A stretch of DNA of 47,161 nt, from the IMG/VR virus record IMGVR_UViG_3300046060_000019, positions 1 through 47,161 of that record; one strand, given 5' to 3'. Position numbers and translations under genes: made by a program. Position 1 is the stretch's first letter. Each line of letters begins with the position of its first letter. This stretch comes from a virus. Under the pieces are notes generated by a model. The model made no database searches, was not told the origin of the DNA, and saw nothing but the letters and a program-made list of their open reading frames with translations. Shown here one piece after another: positions 17,037-25,355 of this stretch.

Positions 17037-18893
17037 CTATCCGACTATGCCGCCAACGCTCGTTATATCGCCGCTCGTACTGGTTGGCCCGACCGTGGCC
17101 GCCACGTAAGCGTACAACAGGGCATAGAAGCCGTCGTCTTTCTGGTTCGTCCCGAACGTCGTGAAGTATTCCTTCTTTTTCCCGGTCTGTTCCGATTCTT
17201 TGAATTCCCGCTTTACCGCCGTCAGGTGGTTCGTCCAGTAATCTATAATCTCGCGGGTGTCCGGGTCGTCGTGGAACGGGATACTAATACCGTCCTTGTC
17301 CGTTCGACGGACTGGATAATCCACGTCGTCGGCGTGGCTGGTGTCGTCAAAGCCCTGTTCGTCGGGGAACAGCCGGACAATCCGGTTCGCCCACGGCGGC
17401 TGATACGCCTTCAGAACGCGGTCGTCCAGCGTCATGTACGGCCATTCCCCTGTCTCGCGGTCCACGGTCCCGAAGCGGTGACCGAGTACGAGCGACCCCC
17501 AGCCGTATTCCGGTATCTGGTTCGGGTTGGCGTCGCCGTTCTGGAACAGTCCGACGCCTTCCGACCCGTACCCCATGTCGAACACCGCCCGCCCCCTGTT
17601 GGGTATGCCGAACCTGACCATTAGGTCCGCTATTTCCCGACGGTCTTCGGCCCGTGTGTCGCCGTCAATCAGTTCGACGGTGTCCACGGTGACCCGTGTT
17701 GGAAACGTTTCGTCGCGCTCGTTGACGTGAAGGACGACGGCGATTGTGTCCGAGGATTCCCCGCCGCCGTGGTCCACGCCGAGAAAGTGCGGTTCGTCGT
17801 CCAGTCCCACCTGTCGAAGCGCCCGGTCATGGTCAGCGACCCGCTGAATCGCCTGTTCAGGTATGGGTTTGGCCGCCCCGGAATAGAAGCGGGCCAACCG
17901 ATACCGGACGAAGTCGCCTTCCGGCGTCGTCGGGCGGTCGTATTCCCGCATGATGTAATCCAGTTCGTGTCTCGGCGACACCAACTGACTGAAGTGATAG
18001 CCACGTCGGACAGCGCCGGGGTTGGTCGCCTTCCAGAACCCGTCAGAAAGAACAGTGGCCTTGTCCACCTGTTCGCCGCATTCTTTACAGTGACGTTCCC
18101 ACGTCTTCGGGTCCGTCCCCACCAGCCGAACACTGTCCAACGTCACTGTTTGTTCGTGGCCGCACTTGGGACACGGGAAGAACCATTCTCGTTGGTCAGA
18201 TTCCAACCAGTATTCGTGATAGACGGTCCCCTCGTAGTTCGGGGTCCCCGTCATTAGAATACGCTGATTCCCCTTGTCAACGGCGTTCTTGAAGTTCTCT
18301 ATCGCGGGGCGTGTCCACTGTTGAAGTTCGTCAGCGACGCCGACGTGTCCGTGATAGCCCTGTATCTGGTTCCCGTCGTTCCACGCGGACCGGGCTTCCA
18401 ACACGCTTCCGGGACCGTGCGGCGGGGACTGAAGGTCGTTCCGCTGAACGTTCACGTCGTTGGCGTCCAACAGCGCCTTCAGAAACGGCGGGTCCCCCCT
18501 CGACCCGTTCACCATGCGACGGACGACAGTTTTCTGGAACGTCCGTATCTGACGCATGCGCGGCGTCGCATAGATACAGTCCCGCATTTGCTCGGTCGTC
18601 CCGAAGAACCACTTCACTCGGGCCGACTGTTCGGTCTTCCCCAGCCCACGGGCGAACAGCCAAATGTGTTCTTCCGGGGCGTCGTCGTCAGCGACAGCCC
18701 GCATGGGCTGTTTCCAGAACCGGAAGTCACCCGAGTAATCCAGCGGGTCGCCGTCCAGTGTCGTCAGGTCTTCCGCCCACGCTACGGGGTCGCCCCCAAC
18801 CTGTTGGAACCGCTCGTAAGCGTCGCCGGACGCCGTCGTGGTTGCCTGAAGTTTTGCCTTCAGTCGGTCTTCGGGGTTCTGTTCCATAGACAT
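17037..18893 (-). CDS. terL: Terminase large subunit
   Basis: Walker A-like FARGLGKT, Walker B-like HVGVADE, a CPKCG...CKECG zinc-ribbon insert (as in GpA-type terminases), and an FLGVDHGGG nuclease-domain Asp. Confidence 0.85.
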   Translation of the reverse strand: MSMEQNPEDRLKAKLQATTTASGDAYERFQQVGGDPVAWAEDLTTLDGDPLDYSGDFRFWKQPMRAVADDDAPEEHIWLFARGLGKTEQSARVKWFFGTTEQMRDCIYATPRMRQIRTFQKTVVRRMVNGSRGDPPFLKALLDANDVNVQRNDLQSPPHGPGSVLEARSAWNDGNQIQGYHGHVGVADELQQWTRPAIENFKNAVDKGNQRILMTGTPNYEGTVYHEYWLESDQREWFFPCPKCGHEQTVTLDSVRLVGTDPKTWERHCKECGEQVDKATVLSDGFWKATNPGAVRRGYHFSQLVSPRHELDYIMREYDRPTTPEGDFVRYRLARFYSGAAKPIPEQAIQRVADHDRALRQVGLDDEPHFLGVDHGGGESSDTIAVVLHVNERDETFPTRVTVDTVELIDGDTRAEDRREIADLMVRFGIPNRGRAVFDMGYGSEGVGLFQNGDANPNQIPEYGWGSLVLGHRFGTVDRETGEWPYMTLDDRVLKAYQPPWANRIVRLFPDEQGFDDTSHADDVDYPVRRTDKDGISIPFHDDPDTREIIDYWTNHLTAVKREFKESEQTGKKKEYFTTFGTNQKDDGFYALLYAYVAATVGPTSTSGDITSVGGIVG

Positions 18894-18916
18894 GGCCGCT
18901 ATTCACTTGTTGGCTA

Positions 18917-19024
18917 TCACGGAAGGCTGAATCCCTTGTGACACGGGCGACATAGTGGTTCGCCGTCCTCGTTCCGATACGGAACGTCCGAGAGAAACGT
19001 TTGACAGTCTGAACAGTGTGGCAT
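18917..19024 (-). CDS. Mini zinc-ribbon protein (35 aa)
   Basis: MPHCSDCQTFLSDVPYRNEDGEPLCRPCHKGFSLP, with a TGACCATG junction to the upstream gene. Confidence 0.45.
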   Translation of the reverse strand: MPHCSDCQTFLSDVPYRNEDGEPLCRPCHKGFSLP

Positions 19025-19026
19025 GG

Positions 19027-19386
19027 TCAGCCCTCGTACTCGGGATAGGCGGGGCGCTCGTTTTGTTTGATTCCGAACACCCGTAGTTCGTCGCCGTCTT
19101 CAACGGTGGACAGGTCCCACGGGACCCAGTCGTCACGTCCGTCGGGCGGGTTCCAGTCGCCGCTGTCGTTCGTCCCCACGTTGGCTTTGCGAACAACAGC
19201 GTACTTGTCCGGTGTGTATGCGTGGCGGGCCGCTGTCCCACCGGGGACCTTCAGCGCCTTCGACCCGATTAGCGTCCGAACCTGTTTCAGAACGTCGTCC
19301 ACCGTGGCGTCAGGGCCGAAGTCGGCCTTCCGGCCCTGAATCCGCACTGTAATCCAGTCACTCGGGGTGTTGGGGGGGACAGACAT
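19027..19386 (-). CDS. Hypothetical protein (119 aa)
   Basis: Track ORF 19027..19416 trimmed to the ATG at 19386 (TAACCATG junction). Confidence 0.55.
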   Translation of the reverse strand: MSVPPNTPSDWITVRIQGRKADFGPDATVDDVLKQVRTLIGSKALKVPGGTAARHAYTPDKYAVVRKANVGTNDSGDWNPPDGRDDWVPWDLSTVEDGDELRVFGIKQNERPAYPEYEG

Positions 19387-19388
19387 GG

Positions 19389-19841
19389 TTAGTAGGGGAA
19401 GCCGCACTGTTCGCACTGGTGGCCGACGGCGTAATCCCCGGATAGTGGTTCCAGTTCCCCGCTGAACTTCACCCGCGTGAAGTTCCAGACGGGAATCTCG
19501 TTGTCGTGGTTACAGTTGGGACACGTCAGCGTCTTCGTCGGGACTTCCAGCGTGATTTGGGCGGTTACTTCCCGGTCGCCGTGTTTCAGACCCGTGGTCA
19601 CCTCGTTGAATCCCACGTCTTTGCCCGACCGGGACAGGTCCACACTGAACGCCCCGAAGTCGCTGACGGTCTTGGTCGTCCCGTCGGAAAGGGTTACCGT
19701 GGCGTTCAGGCAACCGCCCTGAATGTCGTGGTCGTCCGGTTCAACAGCGTCGTTGTCTGTATCTTCGTCGTCCATGGTGTCGTTCTCGCGGTTAGTCGGT
19801 CGAAGGTTCCAGCCCAGCCGGTCCAGTAGCAACCCCAGCAT
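19389..19841 (-). CDS. Zinc-ribbon protein (150 aa)
   Basis: Contains a CPNC...CEQC pair and an acidic N-terminus. Confidence 0.55.
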   Translation of the reverse strand: MLGLLLDRLGWNLRPTNRENDTMDDEDTDNDAVEPDDHDIQGGCLNATVTLSDGTTKTVSDFGAFSVDLSRSGKDVGFNEVTTGLKHGDREVTAQITLEVPTKTLTCPNCNHDNEIPVWNFTRVKFSGELEPLSGDYAVGHQCEQCGFPY

Positions 19842-19847
19842 GTGCTG

Positions 19848-20030
19848 TCAGTCGTCGCCCGTCCCTTTGGACCACAGTTCGTGTCCGGGGCGTCCGTCGT
19901 CCAGTTCGGACAGTTTGTCCCTGACAGCCGCTCGTATCGCTTCCGAACGGTTCGGGAATTCGCCGCGGTCAACGTGGCTGTCCAGTTCGTCCACTTGCCG
20001 TTCGGGAATCCGGAGGGTGACACGCTTCAT
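19848..20030 (-). CDS. Ribbon-helix-helix (CopG/MetJ-type) DNA-binding protein
   Basis: [38 protein letters not shown] is a textbook RHH pattern. The track ORF was trimmed to the ATG at 20030. Confidence 0.75.
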   Translation of the reverse strand: MKRVTLRIPERQVDELDSHVDRGEFPNRSEAIRAAVRDKLSELDDGRPGHELWSKGTGDD

Positions 20031-20188
20031 GCCGGACACCCCGCGTGGACAGGTTCGCCTCGCCACTCGGTCGCCCGGCCTTCAATCGGCGTCCGACACC
20101 AGAAACATATCAGAACGGTGGACGGGTCGAAACGCCGGGTATTCTTCCCCCCGTTCGACAGACGGCGCGTTTTCGGTTCTGGTGTCAT
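20027..20188 (-). CDS. Small Cys/His protein (53 aa)
   Basis: [14 protein letters not shown]...[10 protein letters not shown]...HAGCPA, with an ATGA overlap with the RHH gene. Confidence 0.45.
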   Translation of the reverse strand: MTPEPKTRRLSNGGKNTRRFDPSTVLICFWCRTPIEGRATEWRGEPVHAGCPA

Positions 20189-20189
20189 G

Positions 20190-20822
20190 TCAGACTTCAC
20201 CATTTTCGTCGCCTTCCCACATGGCGTTCGCGCCGTCGGGGACGCCACCGCCGCCACCGGACGACGAAGGCCCGCCACTGATACCCTCGTACTTCAGTCC
20301 CAGCCGGACTTCTTTGGATACACTGTCCAGCGCATCCAGCGTCCCCACCTTCGGCTTTTCCACCATACAACGGTCCATGGCTTCGCCGGGGTCCATTCCC
20401 TGTTCTATCAGTTCTTCAGGGTCCCGTATCTGTTCTTCATAGAACACGCCGTCTTTCAGTAGGTGTTCCTGAAGTTCGTCGCGGATTACGGCGAGCGACG
20501 CTAACGCGGCGGCTTCAGACTTGTTCTCGGCTTTCCCGTGGTATTCGACGTAATAGTCTTCAAACAGCCCCAGATACGGTTCGCCCAGTTCCTTGAACCA
20601 TTCCAGACGCCGCTTTACGGACATGTGAAGCCCGGTGTCCACGGCGTTGAAGTTCCCTTCCGACGCCCCGCGCCCGTCGGGTTCGTCGTCGGGGCCGTCG
20701 GGCTGGTGGGACTTCAGCCAACACCGCCCGTTCTCGCCGTGCTTTGCGTGGGTGGGGTTCTGACAGGGACCGTTCGCCCCCTCGTACCCACAGTTGTCGG
20801 CGTCACCAGTGTTGTCAGGCAT
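20190..20822 (-). CDS. Terminase small subunit-like protein
   Basis: GNFNAVDTGLH resembles the GN.NA.KHG motif seen in many small terminases. The track ORF was trimmed to the ATG at 20822 (MPDNTGD), exactly 35 nt after a class A motif. Confidence 0.45.
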   Translation of the reverse strand: MPDNTGDADNCGYEGANGPCQNPTHAKHGENGRCWLKSHQPDGPDDEPDGRGASEGNFNAVDTGLHMSVKRRLEWFKELGEPYLGLFEDYYVEYHGKAENKSEAAALASLAVIRDELQEHLLKDGVFYEEQIRDPEELIEQGMDPGEAMDRCMVEKPKVGTLDALDSVSKEVRLGLKYEGISGGPSSSGGGGGVPDGANAMWEGDENGEV

Positions 20823-20857
20823 GTCAGACACTCGTATGCTGAACGACTTATCCCACC

Positions 20858-20868
20858 GTGACGCTGGA
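20858..20868 (-). promoter_or_regulatory. Class A promoter-proximal motif
   Basis: gtgacgctgga, followed on the minus strand by GGTGGGATAAGT. A 35-nt spacer leads to the ATG at 20822. Confidence 0.6.
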
Positions 20869-21209
20869 AGGTGGACGCCCCGCCCGGAACGCGCCGACGG
20901 CGACGGTGAACGAGCGAACAGCCACGTTGGACAGTCCGAATTTGTTTCCTGACACTCGGGACCGACCCCCGCCGGGTAGCGCGTCGCCACGGAATAGCCG
21001 GTTTGTGGGCGTGTCGCTGGGCGTCGTTGGTGAAAGTAGGAAAAGGCCCCGCCGGGCGTGTTATTCCCGGTGGGGCGTGGTCACGAAGGGTCCGTGACGG
21101 GACGGTGGGGGACACCCGTGGTCGCCTTCCCACCCACTCGGTCCATGGTGGACCTATCGGCTTTTAGCCGATATGCGGGGTCACCAGACTTCCACGGCGT
21201 TACGTCCCA

Positions 21210-21325
21210 TGCGCCCGTCGGGAATTGAACCCGGTTAGGCCACCTTCCCACGGTCCAGACAGCACGCGACGGCTTCCCCATGGGTCACCGTCCGCTTATC
21301 TGGGCCGCGTTCGGTCCACGGGCGC
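21210..21325 (-). ncRNA. tRNA-like RNA, 116 nt
   Basis: The 5' GCGCCCG pairs perfectly with the 3' CGGGCGC. A T-arm CCGGG-TTCAATT-CCCGA precedes the 3' strand, with discriminator A. I could not fold the D and anticodon parts into a cloverleaf. Confidence 0.4.
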
Positions 21326-21429
21326 TGGTAAAAGGTGGGGGTAGTGGGGGATAGATGTTCGGGACGTGTCCCGTGACGCGGGCCGGTCCTCGTATCGCCA
21401 CGGTCGCCGCGTCAGCGCCGTGGACCGGA

Positions 21430-21593
21430 AGCCGCCGGACGGACTTGAACCGTCGGACATGCCTACATGTCGGCGGAGTGGGCAGGGCCGCCGGGCCGTC
21501 TATCGGCGTCAGGTCCCGGCGTCAGCCCGTGGGGTCGTCCTACCCAGACGACAACGACGTTCGTGTTCGACAGGCTGGATTCCAGACAGCGGC
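21430..21593 (-). ncRNA. tRNA-like RNA, 164 nt
   Basis: The 5' GCCGCTG pairs with the 3' CGGCGGC (one G-U). The T-arm GACGG-TTCAAGT-CCGTC is perfect. Internal hairpins are GTCGTC-TGGGTAG-GACGAC and GACATG-TAGG-CATGTC. Confidence 0.4.
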
Positions 21594-21738
21594 CATGCTG
21601 TCGGTCGTCAGGCCGGTGTTACGAGCGGGGGTCACCCCAGTTCGGCCCGCTGGGGTGGGCTATTCCCGTGGTGATAATCAACTGGTGGTCGTCCATGCGG
21701 TACGTGACTGGTTACCACTCGGGAACTATTGAACGACC

Positions 21739-21749
21739 GTGACGCTGGA
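21739..21749 (-). promoter_or_regulatory. Class A promoter-proximal motif
   Basis: gtgacgctgga lies 5 nt after the stop at 21754. It is followed by GGTCGTTCAATAG and only a 25-codon ORF (21696..21619) before the non-coding region. Confidence 0.55.
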
Positions 21750-21753
21750 AGTT

Positions 21754-21921
21754 TCAGTGGTGGTGACGGACGGCGATTCCAACCAGTACGACCACGGCCA
21801 CGACGCCCAGTACCGTCAGGGCGTTCCGTGCGGCCCACTGGACGGCTAAGATTACGCCGCCTATCCAGACGGCCACCAGTACCAACAGCGCCACCAGCGT
21901 GGCGTCCAGTACGTCAGACAT
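21754..21921 (-). CDS. Small membrane protein (55 aa)
   Basis: MSDVLDATLVALLVLVAVWIGGVILAVQWAARNALTVLGVVAVVVLVGIAVRHHH, with an ATGTCTGA overlap with the upstream stop. It is below the track cut-off. Confidence 0.5.
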   Translation of the reverse strand: MSDVLDATLVALLVLVAVWIGGVILAVQWAARNALTVLGVVAVVVLVGIAVRHHH

Positions 21922-22324
21922 GGTGGGACACGTTCAGGTTCCACCCATTCTTCATTACTCGGTCCACGACGCCTAACAGCGACTTCCGTTCCACGTTGAA
22001 CGTCACGGCGAACGTCGCGGGGGGCTTCGGCGGGTCACCCTCGTTGGGTTCGTCAGCCGCGACGGTCACCGAATAGGCGGCCACGCACGGTTCGCCGTCC
22101 GTTGTCTCGGTGGCGTTCAGTACGGCGTACTGGTGTTTCAGCGTGTCCCGTTGTTCAGTGTGGACCCAGTATAACGGTCCCGCGTCGGCGTCGTCCAGCG
22201 TCGTGAACAGGAATTCACCCTTCCGGTCCACCTCGTTCCCCGACCGTTGGGAACGGTAATACACTTTCAGGTCGTCGCCCGGTTCCAGCCGGGACAGGTC
22301 CGGCGGGTCGTCAGTCGTCGGCAT
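21914..22324 (-). CDS. Hypothetical protein (about 136 aa)
   Basis: Track ORF 21914..22330; the ATG at 22324 is preferred over the GTG at 22330. Confidence 0.55.
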   Translation of the reverse strand: MPTTDDPPDLSRLEPGDDLKVYYRSQRSGNEVDRKGEFLFTTLDDADAGPLYWVHTEQRDTLKHQYAVLNATETTDGEPCVAAYSVTVAADEPNEGDPPKPPATFAVTFNVERKSLLGVVDRVMKNGWNLNVSHHV

Positions 22325-22673
22325 GGTCACTGTTCAGTTCTTTCCACGCTTGTACCCGGAAATCGGGGTCTTCCAGTGGCGACAGGTCCACGAGTTCGTA
22401 CCTGTAACCTTCGGGAAGAACGCTGTCAGTCGGGTCGTTGTGTTTTCCTATGAACGCGGCTTGAACAGACGAGTCGAAGTTTTTAGCGTGGTGTTTTGCT
22501 ATCGGAGCGTGCGTGACAGCGACCAACAGCCACGAATAGCCCATGTGATACGCCGCCAACGCTTCCAACGCCGTCCGGCGCTCGTAATCGGTACGAAGGG
22601 CGTCGGCCGCGTTGTTGACGACTGATTCCAATACCGGCGTGTCCCTGAAAGCGTCGTCTGGAATGTCAATCAT
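22311..22673 (-). CDS. Hypothetical protein (120 aa)
   Basis: Track ORF with an ATGATTGA overlap with the upstream gene. Confidence 0.55.
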   Translation of the reverse strand: MIDIPDDAFRDTPVLESVVNNAADALRTDYERRTALEALAAYHMGYSWLLVAVTHAPIAKHHAKNFDSSVQAAFIGKHNDPTDSVLPEGYRYELVDLSPLEDPDFRVQAWKELNSDHADD

Positions 22674-23217
22674 GGTCGGTGTTCGTTCTGTCTCGGCTGG
22701 TGTCCCAAGTCCCCACCAGCGTGTCCACGGGGTCGCTGTCCAGCCCGTCCCACACTTCCAGTTCGTGTGTGAACCCGTCCAGAACGTCTTTCAGTCGGGA
22801 TTTGTCGCTTCGGTCAACGTCGTTCATGCCCGGCGCGACTTCGTTCAGATACCGTTCCAGATTGTCATACGCTTCAGCGGCGGCGTCGTCGGACATGAAC
22901 ACGTTGGTGAACCGGACCGGGTAGTCGCCCAGTTCCGCCACCAGCGCGTCCATGAACAGGGCGAAGTCGCCTTGTTCGACGCGCCGTAGGTATGGTATCC
23001 GTATCTCGCCGCTTCCGGGCGCGACGGCGACAACGGCGTGAACGGACAGCATACGAGCGTGGACGCACTTCGACGTGTCCGGGTGAACGGGTAGCCGCTT
23101 GACGGATTCCAGCGGGTTGGCGGGCTTTTCGTCCGCCGGGAACCAGTCGGATTCCGGCGCTTGAATCAGTTCCAGTTCGGTTGGTCGCTCGTTCGGTAAT
23201 GGTGGTTCTCGTACCAT
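22666..23217 (-). CDS. Hypothetical protein (183 aa)
   Basis: Track ORF, acidic, with a TAACCATG junction. Confidence 0.55.
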   Translation of the reverse strand: MVREPPLPNERPTELELIQAPESDWFPADEKPANPLESVKRLPVHPDTSKCVHARMLSVHAVVAVAPGSGEIRIPYLRRVEQGDFALFMDALVAELGDYPVRFTNVFMSDDAAAEAYDNLERYLNEVAPGMNDVDRSDKSRLKDVLDGFTHELEVWDGLDSDPVDTLVGTWDTSRDRTNTDHD

Positions 23218-23219
23218 GG

Positions 23220-23426
23220 TTAGACAAACACCCCGTATAGGAACAGGGTGACCCCGGCGGCCATGAACACGTCCGCGAAGACGGAATATACTCGTTCCTG
23301 AACGAATCCACCGGCGTGGTGGTGTCGGACTGGGTGTTCAGTCCAGCCGCGCCAAAAGACGCCGAACACGAACACGGCGACGCCCCACTCGGCGGGGCCG
23401 CCGGGTATGCTTACAGTGGGTATCAC
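23220..23426 (-). CDS. Small membrane protein (68 aa, GTG start)
   Basis: The hydrophobic C-terminal part of track ORF 23220..23561. The Arg-rich N-terminal part of that ORF overlaps a better acidic ORF in another frame. Confidence 0.4.
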   Translation of the reverse strand: MIPTVSIPGGPAEWGVAVFVFGVFWRGWTEHPVRHHHAGGFVQERVYSVFADVFMAAGVTLFLYGVFV

Positions 23427-23428
23427 GG

Positions 23429-23596
23429 CTACTGTTCGTCGTCCGGGTTCTTCCGAACGGTTACCTCGTACACGTCGCCGTCGCGCCGGAACACGTCGGT
23501 CCCTTCGTCGCCGTCCTCGGCGTCTTCGTACCCGCCGGGGCCGGCGATTGATTCCAGCCACGCCGTACTGGGGGCGTGGGGATTCCCGTTAAACAT
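23429..23596 (-). CDS. Small acidic protein (55 aa)
   Basis: MFNGNPHAPSTAWLESIAGPGGYEDAEDGDEGTDVFRRDGDVYEVTVRKNPDDEQ, with an ATGTTTAA overlap with the upstream stop. Confidence 0.45.
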   Translation of the reverse strand: MFNGNPHAPSTAWLESIAGPGGYEDAEDGDEGTDVFRRDGDVYEVTVRKNPDDEQ

Positions 23597-23858
23597 GGGA
23601 TTCACCCGGATTCCGGGGTCCGAAGTTGAACTGGACGCCGTCGAACTGGACCGCTTCGTCGTCGTACACCAGCCCGCATGGGACGCCGTGTTTCACCAGC
23701 GTCAGGGCCATGCGGCGGGCCAATCGGGGACAGTGGGCGTTCATGCCGCTGACCCACACCTGTCCGTCTTCGACGGCGTACACGCGGTCGCCGTGTACGT
23801 CGTCCAGTAGGTCTTCCACTCGGTTCTTCAGGTCGTTCGCGTCGTTTTCGTTGAACAT
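23589..23858 (-). CDS. Hypothetical protein (89 aa)
   Basis: Track ORF. Confidence 0.55.
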   Translation of the reverse strand: MFNENDANDLKNRVEDLLDDVHGDRVYAVEDGQVWVSGMNAHCPRLARRMALTLVKHGVPCGLVYDDEAVQFDGVQFNFGPRNPGESHV

Positions 23859-23867
23859 GGTCGTTGT

Positions 23868-24080
23868 TCAGTATCCCGGTGGATTCGGGCCGCGTGGTTC
23901 AGTGTGTTCGCGCTGTTCCAGATACCTGTCCATACAGACTGACGAGCAAATATAATCCGTCGTCACGCCGTCTGGGACGGGCCGCCTGAACGTAAAGTAC
24001 GGCGCTTCGCTCGTATCCACGGCGGGAAGGTTCATGTCGAAGGTGTACCCGCATACGTCGCACTGTTTGATTACCGGCAT
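23868..24080 (-). CDS. Small Cys-containing protein (70 aa)
   Basis: Track ORF trimmed to the ATG at 24080 (MPVIKQCDVCGYTF...CSSVC), with a TGACCATG junction. Confidence 0.5.
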   Translation of the reverse strand: MPVIKQCDVCGYTFDMNLPAVDTSEAPYFTFRRPVPDGVTTDYICSSVCMDRYLEQREHTEPRGPNPPGY

Positions 24081-24082
24081 GG

Positions 24083-24325
24083 TCAGACGGTCACCCGTGG
24101 GTCGTCGCCGCTCGTACTGAACACCAGCCGTCCCTGTTCGTCGTTCCAGCGGTGGGTGTATCCGGCTTTCAGCGCCCGGCGCGTCACGTCGTTCGTGTCG
24201 TGCCACGTCGGGGCGTCAGTCGTCAGCCACACCGTCTGATAGCCATCGCGGGTGAAGTCGTCCAGTTGGACAACGTCGCTGTTCTTCACCCAGTCCACGA
24301 AGTCCCGGCGTCCAGACCGTGTCAT
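24083..24325 (-). CDS. Hypothetical protein (80 aa)
   Basis: Track ORF 24083..24541 trimmed to the ATG at 24325 (ATGA overlap). Confidence 0.5.
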   Translation of the reverse strand: MTRSGRRDFVDWVKNSDVVQLDDFTRDGYQTVWLTTDAPTWHDTNDVTRRALKAGYTHRWNDEQGRLVFSTSGDDPRVTV

Positions 24326-24534
24326 TCCTTCCACGCCGCCGGAATCACGGCCTGAATCGCTGTCGCTATCTGGGTCGCTTCGTCCGGGGCTTTCAGTTCC
24401 ACCCGGCCGCCGCGTGGACCCTTCAGTATCACTTGTTCGCCGTGTCGTTCCACCGTAATCAGGCGGTGGTTGTCTTGAATCGTTACTGTCGCGTCGGCTG
24501 TTCGTGTGCTGTCGTTGGGTGTCATGGTTGTCAC
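24322..24534 (-). CDS. Hypothetical protein (70 aa)
   Basis: Track ORF. Confidence 0.5.
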   Translation of the reverse strand: MTTMTPNDSTRTADATVTIQDNHRLITVERHGEQVILKGPRGGRVELKAPDEATQIATAIQAVIPAAWKE

Positions 24535-24571
24535 TCGGCATGGTAGAATAGCGAGGGTGGTCGTTCAGCGG

Positions 24572-24841
24572 TCAGTTCGTCAGTTCGTCCACGGCGTTCC
24601 TGAACCGGCGCTGTTCGTCTGGGTCAGGAAAGTAGTATTCGCCGCGTGTCAGGTTCAGTTCCAGCCACTTCAGCGTCAGCGTCCGGTTCTGGATTGGTCC
24701 GTCCGGAGTGTCGTTCGGTTTCTCGGGAACCAGCGTGACTTCGTCGTTACCGGCGGGTTCCATGCTGAAGGGGATTCCGTCGCTCGTTGACTTCAGTGTG
24801 ATTCCGCGTATCCGTTCGGTGGGGGGCGTCTGTTCGGTCAT
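24572..24841 (-). CDS. Hypothetical protein (89 aa)
   Basis: Track ORF trimmed to the ATG at 24841 (ATGA overlap with the upstream stop). Confidence 0.5.
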   Translation of the reverse strand: MTEQTPPTERIRGITLKSTSDGIPFSMEPAGNDEVTLVPEKPNDTPDGPIQNRTLTLKWLELNLTRGEYYFPDPDEQRRFRNAVDELTN

Positions 24842-25350
24842 TTCTCGGTCCACCCTCGGCTGTCCTCGTTGGTGTCCATGGCGGATATGAACTGTTGAAG
24901 TTCGCTCTTGTTCATGGCGCGGGCCGTCTGGTGGTCCGGCGCGTACTGAACGGCGTCCAGATAGTCCAATAGCGCGTCAGCGGGGTGGTCCGCCCGGTCG
25001 TCGTCGTCCGGGTCGGTCGGGTGGTCCTCGTATGCCGAGATAGCGTCCCGAACCACCTGTTCCAGTAGTTCGCGCTTGGGTGGAACCCCCGGCTTCAGTC
25101 GGGCAGGCTTCAGGTAGAATTCACCTGTGAACCACGCATGAAGGCTGTTCAGGATACGCTTCGTGACGGCGTGTCTCGGCGGCCGGTGACCGGTCCGCTG
25201 GGCCAACTTCGCCCGTAACTCGGCGTTGGTCATTTCGCTGACGGACTTCGACATGTCGAGCGTCCGGCTGGTGGCCGTCCGCCACTCGGTACTGTCGTCT
25301 TCGTCGGGCTGTTCGTCGGGGTTCTCGGTGGGTTCGGTGTCGGTTGACAT
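24838..25350 (-). CDS. Hypothetical protein (170 aa)
   Basis: Track ORF with an acidic N-terminus. Confidence 0.55.
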   Translation of the reverse strand: MSTDTEPTENPDEQPDEDDSTEWRTATSRTLDMSKSVSEMTNAELRAKLAQRTGHRPPRHAVTKRILNSLHAWFTGEFYLKPARLKPGVPPKRELLEQVVRDAISAYEDHPTDPDDDDRADHPADALLDYLDAVQYAPDHQTARAMNKSELQQFISAMDTNEDSRGWTEK

Positions 25351-25355
25351 GGTTG

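Larger units (their letters stand above)
20869..21738 (-). ncRNA. ~870-nt non-coding, hairpin-dense region under a class A motif; contains two tRNA-like modules
   Basis: There is no acidic ORF in any frame; the track ORFs here are Arg/Pro/Gly-rich. Hairpins include 21152..21173 (8 bp). A T-run after a GC hairpin lies at about 21040..21050. Confidence 0.5.

Noticed and set aside
21210-21260. The tRNA 3' halves (T-arm plus acceptor strand) as attP sites for integration into host tRNA genes.
   Set aside because: I found no integrase or recombinase-like ORF anywhere. Each element also has a perfectly complementary 5' acceptor strand 116-174 nt upstream, which an attP fragment would not need.
20869-21738. 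A CRISPR array or other regularly spaced repeat array in the non-coding regions (also checked in 35531..36373 and 1003..1135).
   Set aside because: The repeats are few, of unequal length and irregularly spaced, and many are inverted. There is no repeat-spacer periodicity.
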